Shown here: piece by piece, positions 47,740-57,094 of the stretch
Numbering within the stretch: the stretch's first letter is position 1
How the letters are laid out: every line of letters begins with the position of its first letter
Source: Candidatus Sysuiplasma acidicola
Lineage (GTDB): Archaea > Thermoplasmatota > Thermoplasmata > Sysuiplasmatales > Sysuiplasmataceae
NCBI GenBank assembly: GCA_019721035.1
Contig: JAHEAA010000002.1
Span: forward strand, 76,020 to 140,019
Direction: 5' to 3'
Length of the DNA: 64,000 bases
Notes under the pieces: model-generated
The model's database searches: none
Told to the model about the DNA's origin: nothing
The model's input: only the letters and a program-made list of their open reading frames with translations
Translations under genes and position numbers: made by a program

Positions 47740-48609
47740 GTGGGTACCAGGGGAAGCGAGCTTGCAATGGCACAGACCGAACTTGCGCTCTCCGTTCTGA
47801 GTCATTCAGGCATCGAAGAAAAGATGGACGTGCAAATCATACGGACGAGCGGTGACAGCGGAACATCGAAACCCGCGGAAGGTTCATTTGTGGACACAAT
47901 CAATGATCGTGTCATAGACGGGCGGCTCGATATAGGCGTTCACAGCATGAAGGACCTTCCTGCCATTCTCCCGCCGGAAATCGAGATAGCAATGGTACCA
48001 AAAAGGGCAAGCCGGCATGACTGTCTAGTTGGCCCGGCTACGCTGTACCGATTACCCTCGGGAACGACAGTGGGAACCTCCAGCCCGAGGAGGATAGCAC
48101 AGCTTGCGCGCATCCGGCCCGATCTTAGAGTGGTCCAGATGAGAGGAAACGTCACGACACGTATCGCACGGCTGTCAACGGGCAAAGCCGGTTCTGCGTT
48201 GCTGGCGCTTGCCGGACTCGAACGGCTGGGCATCCACCCTTCTGATGGAATGGGTATTTATCCCCTGCCCCTGGATCATTTTGTTCCTGCAGCCGGCCAG
48301 GGCGCAATTGCGCTGGTCTGCAGGAAAGGCTATTTTACTGAAGCGGTTAAAAAGGCGGCTTCGGACAGACAGACGCTGGGGGAAACAGGCATAGAGAGGG
48401 CGCTGCTTCTCGGACTCGGCGCAGGATGCAGCGTCCCGCTGGGCATCAGCGTGGTATCGTTCGGCCGCGGGTACACAGTTCGTCTGCAGCTTTTATCGCC
48501 TGACGGTTCCAAGGAAGCGAAACTGACCGCACGCGTGTCCGCTGATGACGGCGTCAATGGCATTCTGTCGTCGTTTGAACGATTGCGTGCATCGAGGTTT
48601 GGACAATGA
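47740..48609 (+). CDS. hemC: Hydroxymethylbilane synthase (porphobilinogen deaminase)
   Basis: GTRGSELAMAQT N-terminus, dipyrromethane cofactor Cys region. It begins with GTG 13 nt after the hemB stop. Confidence 0.9.
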   Translation: MGTRGSELAMAQTELALSVLSHSGIEEKMDVQIIRTSGDSGTSKPAEGSFVDTINDRVIDGRLDIGVHSMKDLPAILPPEIEIAMVPKRASRHDCLVGPATLYRLPSGTTVGTSSPRRIAQLARIRPDLRVVQMRGNVTTRIARLSTGKAGSALLALAGLERLGIHPSDGMGIYPLPLDHFVPAAGQGAIALVCRKGYFTEAVKKAASDRQTLGETGIERALLLGLGAGCSVPLGISVVSFGRGYTVRLQLLSPDGSKEAKLTARVSADDGVNGILSSFERLRASRFGQ

Positions 48610-49382
48610 CGTCAGGGAGAAAACATGAGGAGAAGGGTATCGTCTACCTTACCGGAGCCGGGCCCGGCGATCCATCGTTGCTCACCGTTAGGGCCAGGGA
48701 GCTGATTGCATCATCACGCCATATCGTCTACGATGCGCTCGTCGGAAGTGCCATAATGGAGCTTTTCCCGGCGGAAGCGAAAGTTTACAATGCCGGGAAG
48801 CGGAGCGGAAGGCACACAATGTCGCAGGATCAGATAAATAATCTGTTGGTTGAACTCGCCGATTCCGGTGCTGATGTGCTGAGGCTCAAGGGAGGCGATC
48901 CGTTCATCTTCGGCAGGGGAGCCGAGGAGGCGGAATTTTTGCTTGCCCAGGGAGTCAGGGTGGAAGTTGTGCCAGGAGTGAGTTCTGCGACGGCCGGTCC
49001 AGAACTGGCGGGTATACCGCTGACCAGGAGGGGTGTTTCCGACAGAGTGCTGATCATATCTGCTCGCGGACCGGGCGGTATGGACATCAACTGGAACGGC
49101 ATATGTGAGGAGAGACAGACAACGGTGTTCATGATGGGTCTTTCCATGGCTCCTGAAATATCCGCCCATCTCATCGAAAGAGGCGCTCCGCGTAACACGC
49201 CGGTGGCGCTGATATTCGGGGCGTCTCTTCCGGAGCAGAGGACGGTCATAACAGATCTTGAACGACTCGGGCGTGAGGGACATGCTGACAGCGGCAGCGG
49301 GCCGGCGCTGATAGTGGTAGGACCGACGGTGTCCGGCAGGATTAAACGAGGTGATGAAAAAGATGAAAGTAGGAGTGCTTAG
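48606..49382 (+). CDS. cobA: Uroporphyrinogen-III C-methyltransferase (SUMT)
   Basis: VYLTGAGPGDPSLLT SAM-binding motif; about 258 aa. It has a 4-bp overlap with hemC. Confidence 0.85.
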   Translation: MTSGRKHEEKGIVYLTGAGPGDPSLLTVRARELIASSRHIVYDALVGSAIMELFPAEAKVYNAGKRSGRHTMSQDQINNLLVELADSGADVLRLKGGDPFIFGRGAEEAEFLLAQGVRVEVVPGVSSATAGPELAGIPLTRRGVSDRVLIISARGPGGMDINWNGICEERQTTVFMMGLSMAPEISAHLIERGAPRNTPVALIFGASLPEQRTVITDLERLGREGHADSGSGPALIVVGPTVSGRIKRGDEKDESRSA

Positions 49383-50112
49383 ACCGGCTGATGAATGGGA
49401 GGAAAGTGCGGCAATACTCAGAAACGCGGGCCTTGAACCGGTAGCGGCTCCGGCTCTTGAAATCAGAAAATTGACTCCACATAAAGCTCTGCTGGAACGA
49501 TTGAGCGGGGCCGACATTGTCATCTTCGCGAGCGCCAGGGCCGTGAGAACATTCTTTTCAGAAGGTGAGAATAAAACAGGCTTTCCGTCAGTGGCCAGAG
49601 TTATCTCTATCGGCGAAAGAACACACGCCGAACTCGCCCGGCACGGAGTTGATTCGCTCAAGCCCGCTGCTTATTCTTCGGCGGGCATAGTCGAACTGGT
49701 GCGGACGATGCGCACTGAAGGAGTGTCTGTCGTCGTGATGCGCAGCCGCGAGGGCAGCTCAACGCTTATGGAGGGACTTCGAAGCATGGGTTTTGACGTT
49801 ACAGAGATTCCGCTGTACAGTGTGGCATACCCGCGTAACGACGATGCACTCAGGACGCTGGTAAGAGACATAGCCAGGGGCGGCATATATGCACTGCCGT
49901 TCACCAGCGCCATGATGGTACGAAATTTTTTCAGATGTGCCGAAATGAACTGCATCATGCCGCAGTTCTTGCAGAAGCTTGCAGACTGCAGTCTCTGGTC
50001 CATAGGGCCCGAAACCTCCGCAGTGCTGCGCGAAGCTGGTGCGGTATTCACAGAAGCGGCCGTTGCCGACTACGCCTCCATTGCGGCAACAATCGCGTCG
50101 GTAGACAGATGA
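49351..50112 (+). CDS. hemD: Uroporphyrinogen-III synthase
   Basis: Size and two-lobed HemD-like layout. It is last in the hemB-hemC-cobA operon, with a 32-bp overlap with cobA. This family is weakly conserved. Confidence 0.6.
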   Translation: MMKKMKVGVLRPADEWEESAAILRNAGLEPVAAPALEIRKLTPHKALLERLSGADIVIFASARAVRTFFSEGENKTGFPSVARVISIGERTHAELARHGVDSLKPAAYSSAGIVELVRTMRTEGVSVVVMRSREGSSTLMEGLRSMGFDVTEIPLYSVAYPRNDDALRTLVRDIARGGIYALPFTSAMMVRNFFRCAEMNCIMPQFLQKLADCSLWSIGPETSAVLREAGAVFTEAAVADYASIAATIASVDR

Positions 50113-50127
50113 TCCGGAACGGGCCTG

Positions 50128-50364
50128 TCAGGATATCCTTTCTTTTTTCAATCTGAGCACTTTGACCTGAGAAACAATTCGGTCCACCTTCATCTGGGCC
50201 AGCGCCGAGAGGCGCTCGTATTTTTCTTTGCTAATGTCGTCGCGTTTGAGCCTCTTCTTGAGGTCAGCGATATCCGCCTCGTACTCCGCCCGTATGGCGT
50301 TGAGCCGCTTTATTTTGCGTTCTATCCTGTCGGTGTCACTGCCGCCTAAGATACCGTCCAACAC
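50128..50364 (-). CDS. Small coiled-coil protein (78 aa), function unknown
   Basis: K/E/R-rich helical ORF 91 bp downstream of, and co-oriented with, fibrillarin. Confidence 0.35.
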   Translation of the reverse strand: MLDGILGGSDTDRIERKIKRLNAIRAEYEADIADLKKRLKRDDISKEKYERLSALAQMKVDRIVSQVKVLRLKKERIS

Positions 50365-50455
50365 GTGATTGCTGCCTCCTGTGCAGGATATAAGGACGGA
50401 CGCCTATAAAATGCCAGAACCCCTGCAAGCTTAAGGCTGTCGTCTCGCGTGCGCA

Positions 50456-51124
50456 TCAGACGGCTGTGACGGCGTCCCGAACGCCTGTGGATGCATAAAT
50501 TACCGCATGATCCTTCTCGAAGGCAGATATGTCCAGCATACCTGAATGAACGCCAAGCGCACTGTTCACACTCTTACGCGCCAGGGCATAAACGTGTTCG
50601 GGCGACGCAGCCGAGTCTATGCTGCGTGCTTTAACGACCAGAAAGAGTGATTTGAGTGAGCGGAAATACGACGCATTTTTGATGAATATTTCGACGCTAT
50701 TGCCCTGTGCGATGTCCTGGTAGAGCACATCCGGATCGCCTGCTATCGCCGCGTACTCTTCCGGCCTTGATGCATCGGCAAGCACTGGAATCATATTCGG
50801 GTGGTGGCTGGCGACCTCAGCCAGCCTTGCATAGGATGTGAATGATATTTCGACGCAACATACCCTGCCTGAGGGCACAATATCGGCCACGTGACTCGCC
50901 GTCGTGCCGGTTGAGGCACCGAGATACAGCACATTGCTATGTTTGCTGAACGGAAAAAAAGTGCCACCTCCTGCGAGGAAGGCGGCAAGCTTGCTCCTGT
51001 ACGGATCCCATTCCCGGTATTCCCGGCCATTTGATGTGATGAGCTGCTGTCTGGCCAGCTTCCAGCCGGGAGAGCTGTTTAGTGTAAATAACTTCCCGTC
51101 AAACTTTGAAACAGTTTCTTCCAT
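50456..51124 (-). CDS. flpA: Fibrillarin-like rRNA/tRNA 2'-O-methyltransferase
   Basis: VLYLGASTGTTASHVADI SAM motif, EWDPYRSKLAA, 222 aa. Confidence 0.9.
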   Translation of the reverse strand: MEETVSKFDGKLFTLNSSPGWKLARQQLITSNGREYREWDPYRSKLAAFLAGGGTFFPFSKHSNVLYLGASTGTTASHVADIVPSGRVCCVEISFTSYARLAEVASHHPNMIPVLADASRPEEYAAIAGDPDVLYQDIAQGNSVEIFIKNASYFRSLKSLFLVVKARSIDSAASPEHVYALARKSVNSALGVHSGMLDISAFEKDHAVIYASTGVRDAVTAV

Positions 51125-51483
51125 TTATCTCACCATCTTGACTGTCTCTTTGAACCGACATCTTTTCGGGATTAAAAGTATGATGTTGTTCACTTTCGGT
51201 TTTTGCTCGTGATTTGACGGTAACATTTTACGGGACAACGGAAGGAAATACAGGTTCAAGTTGAATCTGACATGCACTCCGCCGCACTCTACCTGTGTGG
51301 ATTCGCTCATGCGCTGTCCTGTTGATTGGATTGAGATGAATACACATTTAACCGTACTGCGGGCCTCATTCAAGGGTCAGTTCATGAGTCTGTGCTGGCA
51401 ATGGGGCAGGATGCAGAGGTCCGAAACGGTCGACGTTACACCGACAGTGGAAAGAATTTAACCATGCAGCGCGATACAACGTC

Positions 51484-52257
51484 GTGGAAGAGGAACTGAA
51501 AAGGATTGCAGTAAAGGTGAGGGAAGCGCTGCTCACCACGGGATTGGGCGAAAATGCGAGGGATGTCGTTGGTAAAGGAGTTGACGGAGGACCAAGCTAT
51601 CGCGCTGATGTTGTTGCAGACAGAGCGGCGATTGAGGCGATAGATGCTCTCTCCCTTAACATGAACATACTGAGTGAGGAGTCGCCGTTTATTGACAGAA
51701 AGGCGGAGCAGACGATTATCATAGATCCGCTTGACGGAAGCGAAAACATGGTCAACGGCATTCCATTCTACGCTGTTTCACTGGCCGTAGGCACTAAATC
51801 GCTCTCAGGCGTCAAGTACGGCCTGGTGATGAACATCGTCACCGGCGACGTCTTTTATGCCGAGAAGGGCAAGGGAGCGTTCTTCAACAGCAAACCGATC
51901 CATGTGAGAAAGTATGACGAAAAACAATCATTGTTTTTCATTTACATGGGCGCAAATGCGTCTTTGAACTCATACGACATAGCGAGAAAGTCGTCACGCA
52001 TCAGATCACTCGGTGCTGCATCGCTTGAAATGTGCTACCTTGCGGGCGGCATCGCAGATCTGTTTTTTATGCGCTGCTCCGACAACAACTTCGCACTTCG
52101 GATTGTGGACATAGCTGCTTCATCTCTTATTCTCAGGGAGGCCGGCGGCGAAGTGTACGACCTGACAGGAAATCTGCTTGACATGAAATTTGATATTGGC
52201 GACAGGAAGAGTCTCTTGGCCGTGGGGGACAAGAACCTCAGGAGGCTCGCCATTTGA
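51484..52257 (+). CDS. suhB: Inositol monophosphatase family protein (archaeal IMPase/FBPase)
   Basis: Metal-binding IIDPLDGSEN; Li-sensitive phosphatase fold. It has a 4-bp overlap with nadK. Confidence 0.8.
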   Translation: MEEELKRIAVKVREALLTTGLGENARDVVGKGVDGGPSYRADVVADRAAIEAIDALSLNMNILSEESPFIDRKAEQTIIIDPLDGSENMVNGIPFYAVSLAVGTKSLSGVKYGLVMNIVTGDVFYAEKGKGAFFNSKPIHVRKYDEKQSLFFIYMGANASLNSYDIARKSSRIRSLGAASLEMCYLAGGIADLFFMRCSDNNFALRIVDIAASSLILREAGGEVYDLTGNLLDMKFDIGDRKSLLAVGDKNLRRLAI

Positions 52258-53051
52258 AGTTCGGCCTGTATGCTAATCACAACATACCCGTAGCAGTGGA
52301 AAAGGCGAAGGAACTGTTCAGACTGCTAAGTGGTGAGATGGAACTGGAACAGTCGACTGCTGAAGCAATAGGCGAAAAGGGCGTCAGGCTGGAGAAAATG
52401 AAGCCTGATGTGCTTGTTGTCATCGGAGGTGACGGGACGATTCTAAAAACACTCATGCGCTGTGATGCACCGGTGCTAGGGATAAATGCGGGCGACGTCG
52501 GTTTCCTCACAGAAGTCGGACTGAACGGTATGAAAGGAGCCATGGATCGCATTACCTCCGGTAAGTACAGGATCGAGGAGAAGCTAAAGCTCAGAACATC
52601 GGTGGATGGGAAAAGGGTAGAGGATGCGGTGAACGAAGCCGTAGTCCATACTGCAGAGACAGGCAAAGTAAGGCATTTCATTCTGGCTGTCGACAGGAAC
52701 AGCGTGGGGGTCGTGAAGTCGGACGGCGTCATCATTTCGACCCCGACCGGGTCGACATCTTACTCGCTGGCTGCCGGCGGTCCGATAGTAGACCCTTCAG
52801 CTTCGGTTCTGGTCATTTCGCCGATAGCGCCGTACGGAATATCCTCGAGACCTATTGTGGCCGGTTCGAGGTCGGTAATCAGGCTGGCTGTTGAAGGGGA
52901 AAGGACATGCAGACTGGTCATTGACGGACAGGTTGAGCACAAACTCAGCGGCCATGAAGTTATCGAATTCTCCTCTTCGGAGCATGCCGCCAGATTCGTC
53001 CGGTTTGACTATGACTTTTACAGAAGGATCCACACCAAACTGACGGGCTGA
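52254..53051 (+). CDS. nadK: NAD kinase
   Basis: GGDGT motif (VIGGDGTIL) and NAGDVGFLTE. Confidence 0.9.
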   Translation: MKFGLYANHNIPVAVEKAKELFRLLSGEMELEQSTAEAIGEKGVRLEKMKPDVLVVIGGDGTILKTLMRCDAPVLGINAGDVGFLTEVGLNGMKGAMDRITSGKYRIEEKLKLRTSVDGKRVEDAVNEAVVHTAETGKVRHFILAVDRNSVGVVKSDGVIISTPTGSTSYSLAAGGPIVDPSASVLVISPIAPYGISSRPIVAGSRSVIRLAVEGERTCRLVIDGQVEHKLSGHEVIEFSSSEHAARFVRFDYDFYRRIHTKLTG

Positions 53052-53056
53052 CTTCG

Positions 53057-53467
53057 ATGCCTGTTTTCAGCAGAAGAAGGATACCGAGGAGAGCATCGGC
53101 AGAGATACTGTACATAAGGAGGGAACTGCTCGATTCCGTCATGGAGGCGGCCATGCATTCACTTCCGAATGAGTTTGCTGCCGGCCTGTCTGCCCGAGGC
53201 GACACGATATACGACCTTGTGCTCATACCCAGCACGAAAAGCAACTTCCATTCCGCGACATTCAATTACCATTCCATACTGGGCGACTTTAGCACCGTCG
53301 GAACCATACATTCACACCCGTCCGGTCATATCATTCCAAGCATGCCCGATCTGCGCCTTTTCAGCAACGTCGGAAGGGTTCACATTATTGTAGGTTTCCC
53401 TTTCGCGCAGAACAGCTGGGCCGCTTTCGACAAAACAGGCAGCAGGATAACACTAACTGTTGTGTGA
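53057..53467 (+). CDS. JAB1/MPN/Mov34 (JAMM) metalloprotease-domain protein
   Basis: JAMM motif E...HSHPSGHIIPSMPD (H-x-H-x7-S-x2-D). Confidence 0.7.
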   Translation: MPVFSRRRIPRRASAEILYIRRELLDSVMEAAMHSLPNEFAAGLSARGDTIYDLVLIPSTKSNFHSATFNYHSILGDFSTVGTIHSHPSGHIIPSMPDLRLFSNVGRVHIIVGFPFAQNSWAAFDKTGSRITLTVV

Positions 53468-54592
53468 TGTCACAACAGCCCTGTAAATTTCAAGGAGTCG
53501 TTCTGCGACGACCCTGCTCGAGAATTCTCTTGCCCTAACTATGCACGCCTCTGCCATTGCCTGCCTGAGAACAGCGTTCTCGAGTATCGTGTTTATTTTC
53601 GAAGCCATGTCACTAGGATTCATTGGTTCAGATCTCAATCCCTGCACTCCGTCATTTATGATCTCCCTGACGCCGGGTATGTCGCTCACAACAACCGGTG
53701 TACCGCTGGCCATCGCCTCAATTGCCGAAATGCCGAAAGCCTCCAGTCTTGACGTCGATGGAACGACGAGAACGTCGGCCGCCCTGTAGATCGACGGAAG
53801 GACTGGATCGGGGACGTCGCCGATGAATGTCACCTTCGAGGGATCAGAAAGGAGTCTGGCAGCCCTCTTGAGCCTGGGCGCATATTCGCCATCACCTGCT
53901 ATCATGAGTCTGGTTTGCGATCCTGTGTGCTTCATGGCCTCGATGAGATACTGCACACCCTTGTGCCTGACGAGTCTTCCGACGAAGAGGACGATACCCT
54001 TCCCGTCGATTCCTAGCCTGCGTCGAGTCCGCAACCTGTCCTCCGGATTCGGGAAGAAGCGCCTCGTATCTGCTCCGACCGGCACTATGTCCGGAGCGAT
54101 GCGCCATGTGTTTGCCGAGGTCGATGCATATGTCTCCGTCGTGACTACGATCCTTGAATAGCCGGCAATGATGCTCGAGCTTATGCGCCTGTCGAGGAAT
54201 CTGACAACTGGTCCAGCAAGTCTCGAGGGGAGGTCGGAATCGCAGTGATATGTGACAACTGATGGAATACTTTCCCGTTTCAGCCGGCGGGAGGCAAGAT
54301 AAGCAAAGCTTGGAGGTGGTGTATGTGCGTGCATCACGTCGAATTCATCCATAATGCGCGAATGCAAGCCGCGTGGAATTGGTGTACGCAGGAGCGTAAT
54401 CAGCAGAGGAACTCGTCTGACCGTTACGCCATTGATCACCTCCTCCGCAGGCAGGGAGCGATCATTGCGCGAGGTAATCACGGTAAGCTCATGGCCTAGC
54501 CTTGTGAGTTCGACAGATATGTCCCTGACAAACGATTCGACACCTCCGTGATGCGGAGTGTAGTAAGGAGAAATCTGGGCAATCTTCAGCAC
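53453..54592 (-). CDS. Glycosyltransferase family 4
   Basis: MLKIAQISPYYTPHHGGVE N-terminus; C-terminal VVPSTSRLEAFGISAIEAMASGTPVV. Confidence 0.85.
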   Translation of the reverse strand: MLKIAQISPYYTPHHGGVESFVRDISVELTRLGHELTVITSRNDRSLPAEEVINGVTVRRVPLLITLLRTPIPRGLHSRIMDEFDVMHAHTPPPSFAYLASRRLKRESIPSVVTYHCDSDLPSRLAGPVVRFLDRRISSSIIAGYSRIVVTTETYASTSANTWRIAPDIVPVGADTRRFFPNPEDRLRTRRRLGIDGKGIVLFVGRLVRHKGVQYLIEAMKHTGSQTRLMIAGDGEYAPRLKRAARLLSDPSKVTFIGDVPDPVLPSIYRAADVLVVPSTSRLEAFGISAIEAMASGTPVVVSDIPGVREIINDGVQGLRSEPMNPSDMASKINTILENAVLRQAMAEACIVRAREFSSRVVAERLLEIYRAVVTSHNS

Positions 54593-54685
54593 ATCACCAG
54601 CGGGTTATGCCGTCGTTTTATTCCGACTCTTCTGCCGGCAGCCTGACGGCTCCCGGGGCACCGTCTGCTTTGCCGCAGCATCGGG

Positions 54686-55630
54686 TCACGCCTTCTTCGA
54701 TGCAATGCATGAACCGACAATGAGCGGCAGTGTAATGGTCGCATCGCCCTCCACAGTGACGTGTCTTGCACCCGGCCTTACCTTTCCCCATGAAATGGCT
54801 TCCCTCACCGGTGCACCCGAAAGGCTGCCATCGTACTCCTGAGCCGTAGTGAGATAAACGACATAGTCCAGCCCTCCCCTGAACTGGTTCCACCATATCG
54901 TGTGGTGCTTGGATATGCCTCCACCGATCATAAGTGCGCCAGTCCTGGATGCCGTGTAGACTATGTCTGACAGTGCGTGTTCATCCTTGAGCAAATCGAT
55001 GGTGAAATCTTTGTGCTCCTGCCAGAAGAGCCAGAGCTGAGAACCGACAGCACCGTCGGTTATGCCAGGCACAAAAACAGGTATGCGGTTCCTGTGAGCC
55101 CAGTAGAGTATGCTCCGCTCGTCGTCGACATAGGCGCCGAGTTCATCACAGAGTTCTGCAGTGGATATTCTCTTCTTTCCCTCGCGATACAGCCGGGAAA
55201 GGAACGGGCGCATCTTTCTTTCAAGAACGACGCCGTAACTGCCGTCCGGAATCAGTATGTTTCCGAGCCTGTTAACTCCTTCCTTCCTCAGTTTGGCGTC
55301 GTCCATGAGGAAATCGCCGTGGTAGTAACTCTTCCAGCTTCTTGCCAAGTCGTGGTCAAGCGTGCCGCAGGTTGTCACTATGGCTGACACGAGGCGTTCC
55401 CTGACAAGATATCTTAGCACCCCTCTTGTACCCGTGGATACAATATCTGCGGGAAAGGAAAGAAAGATATACGCACCATCGTCGATCATCCGGCGGAGTA
55501 TTCTGGCCGCTTCGCCGACTTTCTTCGCTGTGAAACCGCCGGACCTGTACATCTGCTCTGTCAGATCTTTCAGGTCTCGGCAGTTTTCGAGTTCTATGTC
55601 TTCCACTTTTTCCGCACGGGAACGTTTCAT
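54686..55630 (-). CDS. dys: Deoxyhypusine synthase
   Basis: GGGISKHH NAD/spermidine-site motif; 314 aa from MKRSRAEKV. The supplied ORF has 38 extra codons. Confidence 0.85.
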   Translation of the reverse strand: MKRSRAEKVEDIELENCRDLKDLTEQMYRSGGFTAKKVGEAARILRRMIDDGAYIFLSFPADIVSTGTRGVLRYLVRERLVSAIVTTCGTLDHDLARSWKSYYHGDFLMDDAKLRKEGVNRLGNILIPDGSYGVVLERKMRPFLSRLYREGKKRISTAELCDELGAYVDDERSILYWAHRNRIPVFVPGITDGAVGSQLWLFWQEHKDFTIDLLKDEHALSDIVYTASRTGALMIGGGISKHHTIWWNQFRGGLDYVVYLTTAQEYDGSLSGAPVREAISWGKVRPGARHVTVEGDATITLPLIVGSCIASKKA

Positions 55631-55699
55631 GATGGATGAATGTATGCCATATAGAAATAATGTGACTGTCGGCACATCTGCGTACCTCATCTCATTCAG

Positions 55700-55999
55700 A
55701 TGGACAACAATCCTCGACCGGCTGGCACCGACAACACGGAACACGGTGTCGGAAAGATTGATTTAGTCAGAACATCTTCGAAGCCCCGGAAAGTGTTTGA
55801 ATTGGCGGAACGCGTAGCTCCTCACCGGCACTGCAGACAGTGTGGCAAGCCTGTGGCACTTGAAGCCACGTTCTGCTCTGACGAATGCAACAACAGTTTC
55901 AAAAACGGACTCAGAAGAAAGAAGAGACAACTCTACCTCTATTACATCATGGTTATTGCACTGCTGTTCCTGGCGCTGGCCTACGTTGGTAAGTTATGA
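55700..55999 (+). CDS. Small zinc-ribbon protein with C-terminal TM helix
   Basis: CRQCGKPV...FCSDEC (C-x2-C-x13-C-x3-C) followed by the hydrophobic LYLYYIMVIALLFLALAYV. The true start may be internal. Confidence 0.45.
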   Translation: MDNNPRPAGTDNTEHGVGKIDLVRTSSKPRKVFELAERVAPHRHCRQCGKPVALEATFCSDECNNSFKNGLRRKKRQLYLYYIMVIALLFLALAYVGKL

Positions 56000-56982
56000 C
56001 GCGAAGAGAAGTGTGCCTCGGCGGCACGTTCAATGCATTGCATGCTGGACACAGGCTGCTGCTTCAGTCGGCGTTTCATAATGCAGATGCGGTGTACATC
56101 GGCCTTACATCAGATGAAATGGCACAATCGAAACGGACTGCAGTCAGATCCTTCGCCCTCAGGCGGAGGTCGCTGGTCTCATTTTGCACCGGGTTCCAGA
56201 AGCCGTTTTTCATAACCATGCTGCATGACCCGTATGGCCCGGCGGTAAGCATGGCATCTCTGAGTGCAATAGCCGTGACTCCGGACACTGTTTTTCGCGT
56301 TCCTGTGATCAACAGGATGAGGTGCACCAGGGGCATGAAGCCTCTGGAACGCATCATTGTGCCCCTGGTCCGATGTGCTGATGGAATTAAGCTCAGCTCC
56401 TCCAGGATTGTCGCGGGAGAATGCGACAGAGATGGAAATGTGCTCCGGCGCATTACAATAGGCATCGGTTCGGCTAATCCGTCGAAAATCAAGGGAGTGG
56501 AAATGGCTTTCCATCGGTATGCGCATGTTTTCCGTAATCCGATGTTCAAAGAACAGGATGTGAAGTCGTCGGTTTCCGATCAGCCGTCGGGTGATGATAC
56601 TGTCAGAGGTGCCATGAATCGCGCGCGCCTGGCTTTGATTGGAAACGACATCGGTATCGGCATCGAAGCAGGTTTGTTCAGAAACAGGGTACTCCACAGA
56701 ACCTTCGATGTCCAGTATTGTGTCATAGTGGACAGGGCAGGGTACGTTTCGTCGGGCCACGGAATGGGTTTTTCCTATCCGCCGTCGGTGCTCAAGGATA
56801 TTTCCGAGGGAAAGACCGCTGGGCACTCGATGTCATCGATCAGCGGCATTAAAGACATAGGAAGGAAGGAGGGAGCCGTAGGTTATCTTACCAGGGGTGC
56901 GATTGGTCGGGCAGAATTGACAGAACAGGCTGTTATCGCTGCACTGATTCCGCGCATCAACAGAACGCTGTACACCGCGTAA
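55996..56982 (+). CDS. coaD: Fusion protein: archaeal phosphopantetheine adenylyltransferase (PPAT, CoaD) N-domain plus DUF84/YjjX-type inosine/xanthosine triphosphatase C-domain
   Basis: N-domain: GGTFNALHAGH, IGLTSDEMA, LHDPYGPA and KPLERIIV match archaeal PPAT block for block. C-domain: IKDIGRKEGAVGYLTRGAIGRAELTEQAVIAAL matches E. coli YjjX [33 protein letters not shown]. Confidence 0.8.
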   Translation: MTRREVCLGGTFNALHAGHRLLLQSAFHNADAVYIGLTSDEMAQSKRTAVRSFALRRRSLVSFCTGFQKPFFITMLHDPYGPAVSMASLSAIAVTPDTVFRVPVINRMRCTRGMKPLERIIVPLVRCADGIKLSSSRIVAGECDRDGNVLRRITIGIGSANPSKIKGVEMAFHRYAHVFRNPMFKEQDVKSSVSDQPSGDDTVRGAMNRARLALIGNDIGIGIEAGLFRNRVLHRTFDVQYCVIVDRAGYVSSGHGMGFSYPPSVLKDISEGKTAGHSMSSISGIKDIGRKEGAVGYLTRGAIGRAELTEQAVIAALIPRINRTLYTA

Positions 56983-56993
56983 CTTACAAGGGG

Positions 56994-57094
56994 GCGCTGA
57001 GGGGGAGATTTGAACTCCCGAGTCGCAGAGCGACACCGGCTTTCCTGAGAGATTCTCAAGGCCGGCGCCTTGAACCGGGCTTAGCTACCTCAGC
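56994..57094 (-). tRNA. tRNA-Ser (anticodon UGA) containing a 13-nt intron at the canonical 37/38 position
   Basis: Reverse strand: acceptor GCTGAGG/CCTCAGC, discriminator G, D stem GCT/GGC, anticodon stem CCGGC/GCCGG, loop CUUGAG|intron|A with a bulge-helix-bulge-like TGAGA/TCTCA helix. Long variable arm GTCGC-TCT-GCGAC. T arm GGGAG-TTCAAAT-CTCCC. The 5' end overlaps the pheT stop codon. Confidence 0.7.
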
